The position numbers were made by a program, and so were the translations under genes. Shown piece after piece: positions 51,391-64,000 of a stretch of DNA of 64,000 nt. Location of the stretch: contig NC_086097.1 in NCBI RefSeq assembly GCF_963921235.1, positions 155,870,001 through 155,934,000 of the forward strand, written 5' to 3'. Numbering within the stretch: position 1 is the first letter of the stretch; each line of letters starts with the position of its first letter. This DNA is from Mobula hypostoma. Taxonomy: Eukaryota. Under the pieces are notes generated by a model. That model was not told the DNA's origin. It did not search any database and saw nothing but the letters and a program-made list of their open reading frames with translations.

Positions 51391-52177
51391 GGAGGTGCCC
51401 CCTTTCTTTTCCTTTACTATTCTGTTGGTATTCAATATTTTGTCCAATTTCACTCACTGGAGATAATTCCTTGCATGTAAGAATAAATATCGAAAGTGTT
51501 AATTATGTTATATATAAAAAATGTAGAATGAGATATTCCAGAAGCAAAGTGTTGTCATCAAGGATTGCATGGTAAGTTGTTGGTTTTTCATTAGAAGAAC
51601 TGAAGAAAATTTATTTATTTGGTGGTCCTTTACTTAAAGGAATTAAACTGAGCAAGTTTGGATTTAATGTACTTAAGAAGAATTCAAGGATGAAGTGAAC
51701 AGTAAGGTATTATGTAAGATTGAGATGTGGGAGGAGGACAATACAGACCATAAAGTTAGTGAATAGACTGTTGAGTCAAACACCGTTTCTCTGCTGCAAG
51801 GCTGTATAGTTATTTCAGGAATAACAGTGTAGAATTCCTGCTGCCTAAGGTCACCAATTATCTCCATCTAGGTTGCACTGCTTCTTTCAAGGCATGCAGT
51901 CGTATTGGAAGAGCGTTTGTGTTATCATACTAGTCAATAGCACACACAAAAAGAGTTCAAGAAGGGGCAAAGTCCTGCCTCTGTGTTCATTAGCTGCCAA
52001 GTAAAGTGGTTGTTCATATCTTGGGCCATAAATATTGAAAAAATATTAGTAAGCCATGAAAAAAGAAAGTAAACACTAAAAAGACAAAAGACACATATAC
52101 AGCAGAAAACAATTGGAAGCATTTAAACTAAAGAATGAAATTAAATGTAAATTCTCTATTTACCTTCTTTCTGATAG

Positions 52178-52300
52178 TCAAATTCTATGAATAATTTTAA
52201 TGAGGATATTTTGGATAAAGCTAGACATCTGCTTAATGGTCTGATGGCCCATGCTGAGAGCTACGAAACTGTAGAGGTTCACACTTTTCCGTTAGACTCG
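52178..52300 (+). CDS. Candidate internal exon of unidentified host gene (SNSMNNFNEDILDKARHLLNGLMAHAESYETVEVHTFPLDS; phase 0 to 0)
   Basis: Acceptor ttctctatttaccttctttctgatag, donor tcg|gtgagt, 123 nt open. Confidence 0.7.
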
Positions 52301-52344
52301 GTGAGTCCTTCTGATGACAGGCATGTATAAATCCTAGTATAAGA

Positions 52345-52670
52345 GTGTGGTACATTAGTGCAGCAAGAGGGCTTTACAATTCCAATGACCCACAGATTCT
52401 ATTCGATCTCTGGTACAATTAGCATAGAATTTCCTTGTTCTCCCTGCTACCAGTAGGAGTTTTCTCCTGTGCCCTTGTTTTTCCTCATGTCCCAAAGTTG
52501 TGCTGGTTAGTAAGCTTATAAATAGATGTATGGTAGGAGAATCAGAGTGAGGTTGATGAACATGTGAGAGGAGATAAATTACAGAGAAATAAATGTGGGA
52601 AATGATATTGATGGGTTGCTGTGAGGCACAATGTCTCAGTTGTTTTAGACACAATGGATTCAGTGACCTC
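52345..52670 (+). mobile_element. Degenerate V-SINE
   Basis: tgttctccctgctacc...ttttctcctgtgcccttgtttttcctcatgtcccaaag V-domain remnant. Confidence 0.55.
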
Positions 52671-53769
52671 CTACATTCAAAGGCGATTGAGAATAAGCAC
52701 TGGTACTAACCTAAGAAAAATGCATGGACTTCTAATCACACATTTCATTTCTCCTGCACAAGCTGTCACACTGTGAGGCAGTATTCTGTTTGAACCAGAA
52801 GACCTGTTTGCCTTCAATTCAGACCTTATACAGCTGCTGTAAATCAGCAAAATGATTAGCTCTCTCTTTTGGATGTGGGATAAAAGGGTAAATCTGGAAT
52901 ATCCTGAGTCGATACAGTCTTGGGTTGGAGGTTAGGGTACTTCAGTTTCAAAAATTTTATATTTTACTCTACATTTGCCACAAATAAAGATTTACTTAGT
53001 GTTATTTCCTTATCTATTGAATTCATTGGATGAAGGATGGCTCATATGATCATGCTGTAATCTGGGAGTTCCTATTTTATCATGCCCACATGGGATAGTC
53101 ACTATTGGATCTGTGATGAAAATCTGGTTTCTTTGCAAAAGTGTTTCCAGAATAAAAGAACAGCTTTTATGAATGGTATTTGATCCAACTGAGTTATCAT
53201 TTCCAAAAGCTGCTGGCCAAGACAATGAATCTGGAGACTTGCAGGACTAGTTCTTCTAATGCCTGGTCCATATGACAAATCATAAAAACCATCATGAGGC
53301 AATATACAGTAGTTCCCATGTCCAACTATTTCAATGGTCCAACCTTGTCTTGGATTGAGCATCTGTCTCAGCTAATTTCTGGCAGGAATGCACAGTTAAG
53401 ACATATTCAAGTCCTGGCCTATTTCTCTGCCAACATGAGTTGAATTTTACGATGCCAGCAGATCCGTGCCTTAAATTCCACTGAAGGTTTCTGCAAGTAA
53501 ATCTGAAATACCTTTCTTTACCTGTTGGGGTGAGAGGATGTCATTATATACTGCTGTTCTCAGCATTTTCTTTATATATCAGAAACCAAAGGAGTACAGT
53601 TAGTCTTAATTAATACTGATGATGGCAGAATCACAAGCAAAACAATCATTGATAATCTGCCAATTAAAATAGGAACAATAAAAGAGAAACCATTAATTTT
53701 AATTGTTGTCAAAACTTCGATATCAAATTGGGCCATCTGCCATCTCTCAGTAGTAGATTGTTGAATTTA

Positions 53770-53900
53770 GCTTCACTCTAGAGATTTGAATGGAAGAAGA
53801 ATGCTGACACATTACTGTAGAGCTGCAAAAGTTTTGAACTGTTTTGGATGAAAAGTTAAACTGAAACCCAGTATTCTTTCTCCAACAAGATATTGAACTA
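53770..53900 (+). mobile_element. Deu-domain SINE remnant
   Basis: cactctagagatttga...gctgacac...ttttggatgaaaagttaaactgaaacccagt resembles the Deu core. Confidence 0.4.
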
Positions 53901-54194
53901 ACTCAACTAACCTTATTAAAATAACTGGTAAGAGTATGTCTCAGGCCGAGCAATAACAGCATCAGACTTCTAACTCGAGGATCACCAAGTGATCCTTACA
54001 GTGTTTTATGCCAGAGTCCAGTACTTCCATGGATTTTAATTCCAGTGTTTATTTAATTAATCAAATTTAAATGTGCCAGCTCTTGCAGAGGAATTTGAAT
54101 TCATGGCTCAATGTCATGAATCTAGATACTATACACCTGGGTACCAGACCACTCATTTAGCCATCATATTACTGTGCCCGTTAAGCAGATGTGT

Positions 54195-54440
54195 GTGGCA
54201 CAATAGTGTAGTGGGTAGAGTCACACTATTACAGTGCCAGCAACCCAGGCTCATTTTCCGCCATTCTAGGCAAGAAATTTGTACATTCTCCCTGTGACCG
54301 CACAGATTTCCTCTGGGTGCTCTGGTTTCCTTCCACATTCCAAAGATGTAGGACTTCATTCACATTAGTGTAATTGGACAGTGCGTGTTTGTCGGGTCAG
54401 AAGGGCCTGCTGCCACGCTGTATCTCTAAATTAAAATAAG
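54195..54440 (+). mobile_element. V-SINE (HE1-like)
   Basis: tttgtacattctccctgtgaccgcacagatttcctctgggtgctctggtttccttccacattccaaaga; tail gaagggcctg...tgtatctctaaa. Confidence 0.8.
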
Positions 54441-55026
54441 AAGAAAACAGCAGCATACGCATCCTGACAATCAATATAAAAACTCAGCATAGCATCTATA
54501 TCATAGCCAGAAGGAGATTATTAGCCGAGTAGATGATTACAAATAAGATCCCATGAAATATGATATAGGACTTCCAAGCAGCTCTTGGCAAGAATGAAGA
54601 GACAGGAAAGTAGACTGGTTTACTGATTACCTGAATCCAGCCACTGCTAATAAGAAAGGAAACTGTAATATGGTGAGATGATTCAATGGCTTTAATGGAT
54701 GAGGCAATAATAGGACAAAGTGAAGCATTGAGTACTTGGAAAATAATCAATACAGAAGAAGTCATGCTCCAGGGATCAATTACTATGATAAAGCTGAAGA
54801 TTGTGCACAGAGATATAGAGAAGATATTGAAAAGGAATCCATATTTTGGACAACTCTGTGCTTTAATAAAATGAATGGATTGTTATTTCTATTGGCACCT
54901 TTTAACAAAGCTCAATGGACAGGGCTAAAAATTATGTAATGTTTCATCCTAAGCACCATCTTCGACTGGGGCTATTTTACGTTTAGAGAGAAAAAAACAC
55001 TTTCAATATTTTCTGTCTTGTTGTAG

Positions 55027-55182
55027 ATCAGGGTGTTCAATAGCTGGCAGTGTGTCTCTGGGTGCTTTATTCCATTGATGCCCCTGACACAGTACTCTAA
55101 TGGGAGTTTAGGTCCTGGCACTCCAACAAGGCACCAAACAGCATGGGGCTGTCTTTATGCGAATTGCTGGCAGCATTCATAG
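55027..55182 (+). CDS. Candidate terminal coding exon of unidentified host gene (IRVFNSWQCVSGCFIPLMPLTQYSNGSLGPGTPTRHQTAWGCLYANCWQHS*)
   Basis: Acceptor ttttctgtcttgttgtag, phase 0 matches exon 52178-52300, 51 open codons, TAG at 55180-55182. Confidence 0.6.
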   Translation: MRVFNSWQCVSGCFIPLMPLTQYSNGSLGPGTPTRHQTAWGCLYANCWQHS

Positions 55183-56170
55183 AACAGCTTTGCCCCAAGA
55201 TTCACAAGCTGTGATAACCATCAGAGTGATCAGTGTCTTTGAATGTTTTTCCACTATGAAAGATTAAGGATATTTATCCTTGCACAAAAATCAATTAAAT
55301 ATTTATAGTTAATGTATCTAATTAGGAAAAATCTACTTAACTTTCTTCCATCATCTAATTGCTGCTCTTCATTTCAATGGGGCCAGCTGTGTTGGGAACA
55401 GGTTTTAACTGGTCCATGTCCAATGGACAGATTTCCCAGAGAGAGTGGAAGCTGCAGCCATCAACTTAAGCTGGCAGTACTGGATACCAGCAAGTTGTTG
55501 AGGGACCAGATAAAGAGCAAACTATTTAATTAATATCTTGATGATAATGTATTAACCAAATCTCATTCAACTCTGTGAAAGACAGTGCGTTCTAACTGTG
55601 AATTAATTTATTTTATTTATTAACAAAGAAAGTGTCCAAGTATTCTCATCATATGCATCAGAATCATTTAAAATGAATTACTGTGGTTTAGTAGGCAACT
55701 ATGATATCCTGCCTAAATGGCAATGCAGTGAACAGGCAATGCTGGTCTTGACTGAATGATGTTTTGGGCAAACTTTTGGCTGAATCCTCAGATAATGGTG
55801 TGAGTTATTTTTTATCCTTCACATAAGTTGCTAAAATAGGCAATCAGATAACTCATTTAGTATGAAATTAATATAAAAATGTTGGTAACATTCATCATGT
55901 CAGACAATATTTGTGAAAGAGAAACAGAGTTATGTTTCAGGTGTTATAGATTTCAATTTTCTGACAAAGTATTTGAATGTGAAATGTTAACTCTATTTCT
56001 CTCTCCACAGATGCCACCTGTTGATTCATTCTTTCATTCTCTATTTTTTTATTTAATTCTGTGTTAATCTACTTCCATTGATAAACTATTCATTGTTTAT
56101 TGTTGCAGTCTCCTCTTCTTCGGAGAAACCAAATGCCAACAGGATGACTGCTTTTGCAGAATCACTTACT

Positions 56171-59100
56171 AGATCATAAGACCAGGAAACGTAGGAGCAC
56201 AATTAGGACATTCAGCCCATCAAGTCTGCTCTGCCATTTCAATATTTCACTCTCAAACCCATTCCCCTGCCTTCTCCCTGCAACCTTTCACAACCTGACT
56301 AACCAAGAATCTACCATACTCCATTATAAATATACCCAGTGACTTGGTCTCCAAAGCTACCTGTGGCAATGAATTCAATAGATCCACCACCCATCCTCAT
56401 CCCTTTATTCTAGATTCCTGCTTTATAGGAAACATGCTCTCCACATCCACTCTATCTAGGCCTTTCAACATTTGATAGATTTCAATGAGATTCCCCGCTC
56501 ATTCTACTAAATTCCAGCGAGTACAGGCTCAGAGTGGGAATTATGAGGATCCCTCATAATATAATAACCCTTTCATTCCCAGAATTATTCTCGTGAACCT
56601 CTTCTGAACCACCACAAATTTCAGCATGTGCTTCCTTAGAGAAGGGTCCCAAAACTACTCACAATACTACAAGTGACAGCTCACCAGTGCCTTATAAAGC
56701 CTCAGCATTACATCCTTGTTTTTATATTTTAGTCCTCTCCAAATGAATGATAACATTGCATTTGCTTTCCTCACTCCCAATTCAAATTGCAAGTTAACCT
56801 TTAGGAAATCCTGCGAGAAGACTCCCAAGTCCCCATTCACCTTGGAATTTCGAATTTTCCTCATGTTTAGAAAATAATCTACATTTTTATTCCTTCTACC
56901 AAGGTTCATGACCATACTATTCTTGACGCTGTATTCCATCTGCCACTTCTTTGGCCATTCTCCTACTCTATCTAGACCCATCTGCATCCTCCCTGCTTCC
57001 TCAACACTACCTGCCCCATCCACCTATCTTCATATCATCTGCAAACTGGGCTACAAACCTATCAATTCTGTCATTCAAATTATTAACGTACAATGTAAAA
57101 AGAAGTGGTCCCAACACTGACCCCAGAGGAACACCACTAGACCTTGGCAGCCAATCAGAATGGCTCTCTCAATTCCCACTCTTTGCACCATGCCAATCAG
57201 CTGATGCTATGTCCATGCTAGAATCTTCCCTGTAATACCCTAAGTTCCTATCTTGCTAAACAGCCTTATGTGCAGCACCTTGTTAATGGCCTTCTGAAAT
57301 CCAAGTACACAATATTCACCAATTCTCCTTTGTCTGTCCTGCTCATTACTTCGTCAAATAATTCCAACAGGTTTGTCAGGTAAGATTTTCCCTTAAGGAA
57401 ACCACACTGACTTTGGTCTATTTTATCATTAACATCCAAGTACCTGAAACCTCATCCTTAACAATTGGCACCAACATCTTCCCAACCATTGAGGTCAGGC
57501 TAACTGGTCTATAATTTCCTTTTTTCTGCCTCCTTCAATTCTAGAAGAGTGGAGTGATATTTGCAATTTTCTAGTCCTCCAGACTCTTTGCAGAATCTGG
57601 TGATTCTTGAAAGGTCATTACTAGTGTTTCCACAATCTCTTGAGCTACCTCTTTCAGAACCCTAGGATGTAATCAATCTAGTCCAGTTGACTTATCCACA
57701 TTCAGATCTTTCAGCTTCCCAAGCACCCTAACAATAGCAACTGCACTCACTTCTGCCCATTGAAATTCTTGAATTTCCAACATCTTGCTAGTGTTTTCCA
57801 CAGTGAAGACTGATGCAAAATACTTTTTCAGTTCATCCACCATTTCCTTATCTGCCCTGGAATTCCAGCATCATTTTTTCATGGTCTGATATCTATTCTT
57901 GTCTCTCTTTCACTCTTCATATATATGAAAAAATATCTTTGATGTCCCCTTTGATATCATTGGTCAGCTTACTTTCACATTTCATCTTTTCCCTCTATGG
58001 CTTTTTGGTTGCCTTATGTTGGTTTTAAAAACTTCCCAATCCTCTAACTTCCCACTAATTTTTGCTTTATTATATGTTCTCTCTTTGGCTTTTATTTTGG
58101 CTTTGACTTCCTTTGTTAGCCATGGTTGCATTATCCTACGTTTAGAATACTTCTTCTTCTTTGGGATGTATCTATCCTGCACCATCTGAATTGCTCCCTG
58201 AAACTCCAGCCACTGCTGCACTGCCATCATTCCTGCTAGTGTCCACTTCCAAACAATTTGACCAGCTGCCCTCTCATGCCTCTGTAATCCCCTTTACTCC
58301 ACTGTAATACTGATATATTTGACTTTAACTTCTCCGTCTCAAATTGCAGGGTTAATTCTATCATATTACGATCCCAGTCTCCTAAGGGTTCCCTCACCTT
58401 AATCTCCCTAAGCAAATCCATTCATTACACAACACTAACTCTAGGATTGTTGATCCCCTAGTGGCCTCAACCACAGGCTGCTCTGAAATAGCATCTCATA
58501 CATGTTCTATAAATTGTCTCTCTTGGTATCCAGCACCAACCTGATTTTCACAATTTGCCTGCATATTCAAACCACCACCCCCCCCCCGCCCCCATGACTC
58601 TCATAACGTTCTCCTTTTGACATGGTTTTTCTATCTCCCATTGGAATTTGTAGCCCACATCCTGGCTACTGCTTGGAGTCCTGTATACAACCCTCATCAG
58701 GTCTTTTTAACCTTTCAGTTTCTTAACTTTACCCACAAGGATTCTACATCTTCCCATCATATGTCACTTCTTTCTAAGGATTTGATTTCACTTTTTACCA
58801 ACAGAGTTACATCACCCCCTCTGCCTACCCTGACTGTATCTTCAATACATTGTGTATCCTTGGATGTTAAGCTCCAACTGAAACCTTTCAGCCACAACTC
58901 AGTGATGCCCATAACATCATACCTGCCAATTTCAAACTCTGCACAAGAGCATCTACATTATTCTATGCACTGTGAGCATTACAATATAACATCTTCAGTC
59001 CTGTATTTACTGCCCTTTTTGCTTTTGTCCTCCTCTTACACTGCAATTTTGCTCTATCATCCACTTGTTCTTCCTGGCGGTCTTACTATGCACTGCCTCA

Positions 59101-60400
59101 GTGTATATGCCAACTTCCCTATTCTCGACACTTTTACTATCCTTGACACTTTTACTCCAGTTCCCATTCCCCTGCCAAATTACTTTAAACCCTCCCCAAC
59201 AGTTCTAACAAACCTGCCCACAAGGATATTGATCCCCCTGAGGTTGAGGAGTAATCTGTCCCTTTTATATAGCTCATACCTTCCCCAAAAGAGATCCCAA
59301 AGATCCAGAAATCTGAAGCCCTGCTCTCTGTACCAGTTCCTTAGCCACATACTCATCTGCCAAATCATCCTATTCTTACCCTCATCGGATTTATCACAGG
59401 CAGCAATCCAGAGATTACTACCTTGGAGTTCCTGTGTTTCAGCTTTCTACCTAACTCCCCATATTCTCTCTTCAGGACATCCTCTCTTTTTCTAACTATG
59501 TCATTGGTTCCAATATGTACCACGACTTCCCCTCTTTTACAATGCTGTGGACTTGATCCAAGGCATCCCTGACTCTGGAACCTGAGTGGCAACATGCTGT
59601 TCTGGTGTCTCTATCACATCCACAGAATCTCCTGTCTGCTCCTCTAATTATGGAATCCCCTATCACCACTGCACTCCTCTTCTCCCTTCTTCCCTTCTGA
59701 GCCACAGAGCCAGATTCAGTGCCAAACACTCATTCGCTGAGGCTTCCCACTGGTAGGTCATTTCCCTCAACAGTATTCAAAACAGCATACTTATTATTGA
59801 GAGGTACTCTGTACTGGCTGTCCATTTCCTTTGCATCTCCAGACAGACAGCAGATACTTGCCCCTGGTGACCTGGGGTGACTACTTCCTTATAATTCCTA
59901 TTTATCATCTCCTCAGTTTCTCCTATGAGCTGAAGGTCATTGAGCTGCAACTCCAGTTTCTAATACGTTCTCTAAGGAGCTGCAACTCGGTGCACTTGGT
60001 GCAGATGTAGTATCTGGATGGGGCGGGGGGCTGGAGTTGGTGCTGGATGTCTCCCAGAATTCTCTCATCTCTCACAAAGAATACAACACTGCTCATGGAG
60101 GCATTCTCATTGCTTTAAATGTTCACTAAAGATGAAAAATGAAGAAGAAGAAGAAACTTACCAGATATTTACCAAGTCTGTTGAGCCCAAACCTCCACAC
60201 TCTAATGCTGTCCACTCCCACACTGACCAATCCAACAATGGCCACTCAGCTTGTTCATGCCTTATTTTTATTTACCCTTGCTAATGAATAGTTCTTTGAT
60301 TGGGCTGCCATAAAAATGCTGAAAGCCTGTCAACACTTCTTTTTAAACTCTCCTCTTGACCTGTGAGTTGCCTGCTCCGTTCCTGATTTTATTGGGCTGC
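56171..60400 (-). mobile_element. Near full-length CR1 LINE, decayed
   Basis: Esterase ORF1 (VVIGDSIIRGADRRFC, VVVHIGTND, DRLLLN), EN, RT (GVPLGSVLGP, KFADD) and 3' tail all colinear. Confidence 0.9.
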
Positions 60401-60454
60401 AGGAAAATACTTAAGTTTCTTCCAAATTATCCCACTATATTCAGTGTTCAGAAT

Positions 60455-61140
60455 ATAGTCTCCTCTACACTGGAGTGACTAAATACAACCTGATTGACTG
60501 CTTTATAGAACTCTTCTGTTCAATCTACAAATCTACAAGAATAACTCCCATCTTCGGTTGCCTGTTACTTTGATTCTCCATCTAACCCTCACTCTGACAG
60601 TTCTTTCAGCTCCAATGCTGTTCCAATAAAGAACAATCTAAGTTTGAAGATAAACACTTCATTTTTCATCGAGGCATCTTGCAGCCCATGGGACTCAATA
60701 TGGAATTCAATGATTTCAGGTAAACAGCCTTTCCTGTTTTGTGTCAGGATAGTGATGTAATACTATCCACCTGTAATATTAACATAGTTTTCTCTCTCTA
60801 CTGATGTTACTTGTACTGCTTAGCCCAGTATGCTTTTGTTCGAGATTTCCATCCACTACGTCTCAGTGTGTCAACACTTTTTATTCTCTCTCTTCAATGC
60901 CCCTCATTCATCTCTCTCTATTAACATTCCTTCCTACAGTTCAACTTTGATAACCACTGTTAATAGTCATCCTGGTGCCAGCACTTGAACAACCATGCTT
61001 CCCACATCACATATCTCCTCCTCTCTGTAACTTATGATATTTGCTTTCTCATTTTTCTTGTTCAATGAAAAACCATTGATGCTGCTTTTCTCTCCTAACA
61101 GATTCTGCCTGACCTGCTGGGTATCTCTATTATTTTGTTT
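60455..61140 (+). mobile_element. Penelope-like GIY-YIG remnant with pseudo-LTR remnants
   Basis: LLYTGVTK..L.DCFIE; KFEDKHFIFHRGILQPMGLNMEFNDFR*. Confidence 0.65.
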
Positions 61141-61237
61141 CATTATTGTTCTAAGCTTATTAATACGCAAGAGAAAATTAAGATCAAGTCAAGCATGAAA
61201 ATGTTAAAGGAATAGACACCACTACTTCTGAAACATG

Positions 61238-61485
61238 ATTCAAGCTTCAAGATTTTTTAACTTCATTTCCAGTGCACAAGTGTAAATGAGAACAAAATAA
61301 ATGTTTCCCTGATCCAATGCAGCGCAAAAAAAGCAATAAGATAAAGAACACAATAATAAAAAAACCACAATAAATGTAAATGAAAAAGATTGACTATATG
61401 TACATAAAGAGACGCTATGTACAGGAGTCTGTACATAAAGTGATTCTGACAGGAAATGATAAAGTAGTGGCAGTGGGGGGAGGGG
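61238..61485 (-). mobile_element. LINE 3' UTR fragment (Rex1/Babar-like)
   Basis: Second copy of 349-632. Confidence 0.55.
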
Positions 61486-61626
61486 CATATTCAATTTGTA
61501 TAAGAAGCAATAGTTTATGTGCTCACCTGGTTTCAAAAATTCATAGATTTAATGTGAAGAAAAAAAGTCATAAAAGTAGACCCTAGTTTTGGCAGACTAT
61601 ATTGGAGTAGATGGAGATATTTCATA

Positions 61627-62597
61627 AAGTAGATACCAGTTAACTGGGCCACATAGGGACCAATACATTTTGGCCCAATTAAGTGGTTGCTCCAATTAGC
61701 TGAAGTTTCCTGGAAATAGTCAAAAAGGTATAAAAGTGACAAACTGGGTAACAAATTTTGTATTTAAATGAAATAACAGATCAAATTAGAACACTAGAAA
61801 TATCTATAGTACTATAAATCAGTGTATTAGTTCCTGATAGTTATCGATGGAGGAATTCATCCAGTGTATGATGCCATTTTCATTTGGTTGACTGTAAATT
61901 AACAAAATCGGTGCAAATATCTAGTGCATATAACAGACTACCTACATACAAAAGATGTTTTGATGACTGCATCCTCCAAATGTTCATTTTCATTTTAACG
62001 TTTAAGATGATTGCTGGTACCTTCAAATTCTTTATAGTTTCTAACTTGCCGAAGTAGTGAAATTATTTCATTTTTGCTCCTGGCCATTTCTGGCATCTCA
62101 ACGAATGAATGCTCAAAAACACAGTGAGCAAAACAGTTCTGAATTGTCTTATTGCTTATATCTCACTAACTAACTGTGACAAAAATCATTGCTTTTTGAA
62201 CACAAACACAAACAAATGACAAACGAGAAAATGTGCAGATACTAGAAATCCAAGCAACACACACAAAATGCTGGAGGAACTCAACAGGCCAGGCAGCAGC
62301 TATGGAAGAGTACAGTCGACATTTCAGGCCGAGACCCATCATCGAGACACTGACGTTATTTAAAAACTGTTGATTCTGACAGCAGTGTAGTGTCTAACAG
62401 CCACACAAGTGCATGTAACTAACACTAGTTAGAGGCTGTTCGGCAACAGTCTCCCATCCCAGTTAAGCAGCCTGTAGTGTCCCAAATAAACCAAGGGAAT
62501 TCTGACTATTTTCTCAATTAGTTTGTGTCCTTTAAGAGTTGTTCCAAAGAAGTGGCTGCCCCAACTAACCAATGGCCCAATTAATCGGAATCTACTG
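61627..62597. mobile_element. Non-autonomous pogo/Tigger-like DNA transposon
   Basis: TA|aagtagataccagttaactgggcca ... tggcccaattaatcggaatctactg|TA, imperfect 25-bp TIRs and TA duplication. Confidence 0.75.
62220..62350 (-). mobile_element. Penelope pseudo-LTR-derived short insertion starting at a hammerhead motif
   Basis: Reverse complement gtctcgatgatgggtctcggcctgaaatgtcgactg...ttttctcgttt; same extent as 18331-18462. Confidence 0.8.
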
Positions 62598-63479
62598 TAT
62601 TGAGAAGATAGAAATGAGAAGGGCCTGCAAGAGGGATATACAATACATTTTAAATCAGAAGTATTCCTTCAGAGTCAATCAGACTATCTCAGTAATACAG
62701 GGAGAAATTGTAAGTTCCTCACTCTCCCTGCTAGTTTTGAACTCATACCTGCTCAACAGACTGCTTCTGAAGACATTCCTGCTGTTTAGATAATTAAAGA
62801 TAAAGACAGGAAGGTTACCATTCAGAACTATTAATAGAAGTAACTCAATTATTTCCAAATTGTCTTGGCCATTTTCAGAAATGGTTGCCATAGTGATGGT
62901 CCAAAGTAATGCTGAAAGACTTGAAGATATCTCCTTTGGGGATTTTAATGAGCAGATGCAACAGAGGGAAATGTATTCTGACTCCCTGCTGAGCTATTTG
63001 GGAGAAAACAAAGCAAATTTTTATTTTCTCCAATATCTCATTCATGAGTCACAGTTCCAAAGATCTCTTGAGTGAGTCTCAGCCTGAAGTACATGAATAG
63101 ATATGAGTAAGTAGCATATCCATGCACTTTCAGCAATACGTAAAGTGAATAATTAAGAATTCTTCCCTGATTATGGGAAATAGTTGATATCACATGTGCA
63201 GTTAATAAGGTCTCTACTTATGGTTCCATGTGTTACGGTAGTGAAGGTTAAACCCATTATAATGGAAGTCAAATTAGAAATACGTATGCATATTAAGTTA
63301 TTGCCATGTGTAATCTAACATAAAATATAATGGATTCAAATAAGGTTTGTACAGTGATTAGCTTCCTGCTGAAAATTTAATCAGCCAAGATCACCTTCAA
63401 TCAATGTTGGAAACCAAACAAGAACCTGTCAAAACAAAATGTAAAGCAAGTTTATTTAAGGTTTACCCAACAGTGATGT

Positions 63480-64000
63480 GTGAAAATGGCCGACTGAAAA
63501 ATAACTGACTAGCCACTTAAATGCACTGATTTTGTTTAGACTGCAGATGGGGTGTAAATTCCATCTCTGACATCCTGACCTTTTCAATGTGGCCCAGCAC
63601 TTAAGTTGTCTAAACCTTGCTCTCAGCCCCAGGCCCTGCTGCCTCGACATGCTCTCAGGCTGGTGCTGTACTGCCTCAATTTGGCCCATACCTGACCTTT
63701 CCTGTTTGGCCCGGCGCTTAAACTGACTAAACCTCGGGCATTTCCTTGACTCTGCTTGGCTTGCCTCGGGTCTGTCACATTGAATCGCACAAAGTCCACT
63801 CCAGCAATGGTCAAACGTTGGCTCATTCCCATCTCTTGGGCCAAGGCCCGATTCGGCCCGCCATGCCTTACCCATACCACATCTTCGCAACTTCAGTTCA
63901 CACCGGGTCATACAAGCGGTTCAAAAGCTCAACTGCGCAACAGAAGTTACAGGCTATTGTTTGCAGTGATTGTTTACCAGAAAATGAGGTGTTATTAATA
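63480..64000. repeat. Unclassified GC-richer repeat related to 34905-35795
   Basis: Shared motifs cttaa.(t/c)tg.ctaaac (twice in each) and tgtttg..gtgat...tttacc..agaaaa. Confidence 0.35.

Noticed and set aside
51527..51571. NEIFQKQSVVIKDCM followed by a perfect atg|gtaagt donor, phase-compatible with the host gene
   Set aside because: No polypyrimidine tract at either possible acceptor; left out pending RNA evidence
58617..59495. 292-aa + strand ORF
   Set aside because: Antisense to a decayed CR1 with no recognisable motifs; chance ORF

Overview
Eukaryotic, AT-rich, repeat-saturated genomic DNA. The repeat set (CR1 LINEs with SGNH-esterase ORF1, Rex1/Babar LINEs, Penelope-like elements, V-, CORE- and Deu-type SINEs, RTE, Gypsy, Tc1/pogo MITEs) suggests a cartilaginous fish (inference). 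Most ORFs in the supplied track are transposon debris or chance ORFs. Between the repeats I find a chain of phase-compatible + strand exons (12529-12560, 15301-15404, 24762-24828, 25178-25205, 30596-30659, 52178-52300, 55027-55182 with stop). They would encode the C-terminal ~190 aa of a host protein I cannot name. Other notable structures: minimal hammerhead-ribozyme motifs in Penelope pseudo-LTRs; a 207-bp-arm Penelope palindrome with a 44-bp tandem spacer; a composite Tc1-like element whose ends are hairpin mini-MITEs and which carries a LINE tail; two stacked insertions at one target site; a SINE inserted in a Gypsy YLDD motif; CCAAT-bearing tandem monomers at CR1 5' ends. No prokaryotic genes, rRNA, tRNA genes or CRISPR arrays are supported. 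Everything was read by eye and repeat boundaries are approximate.
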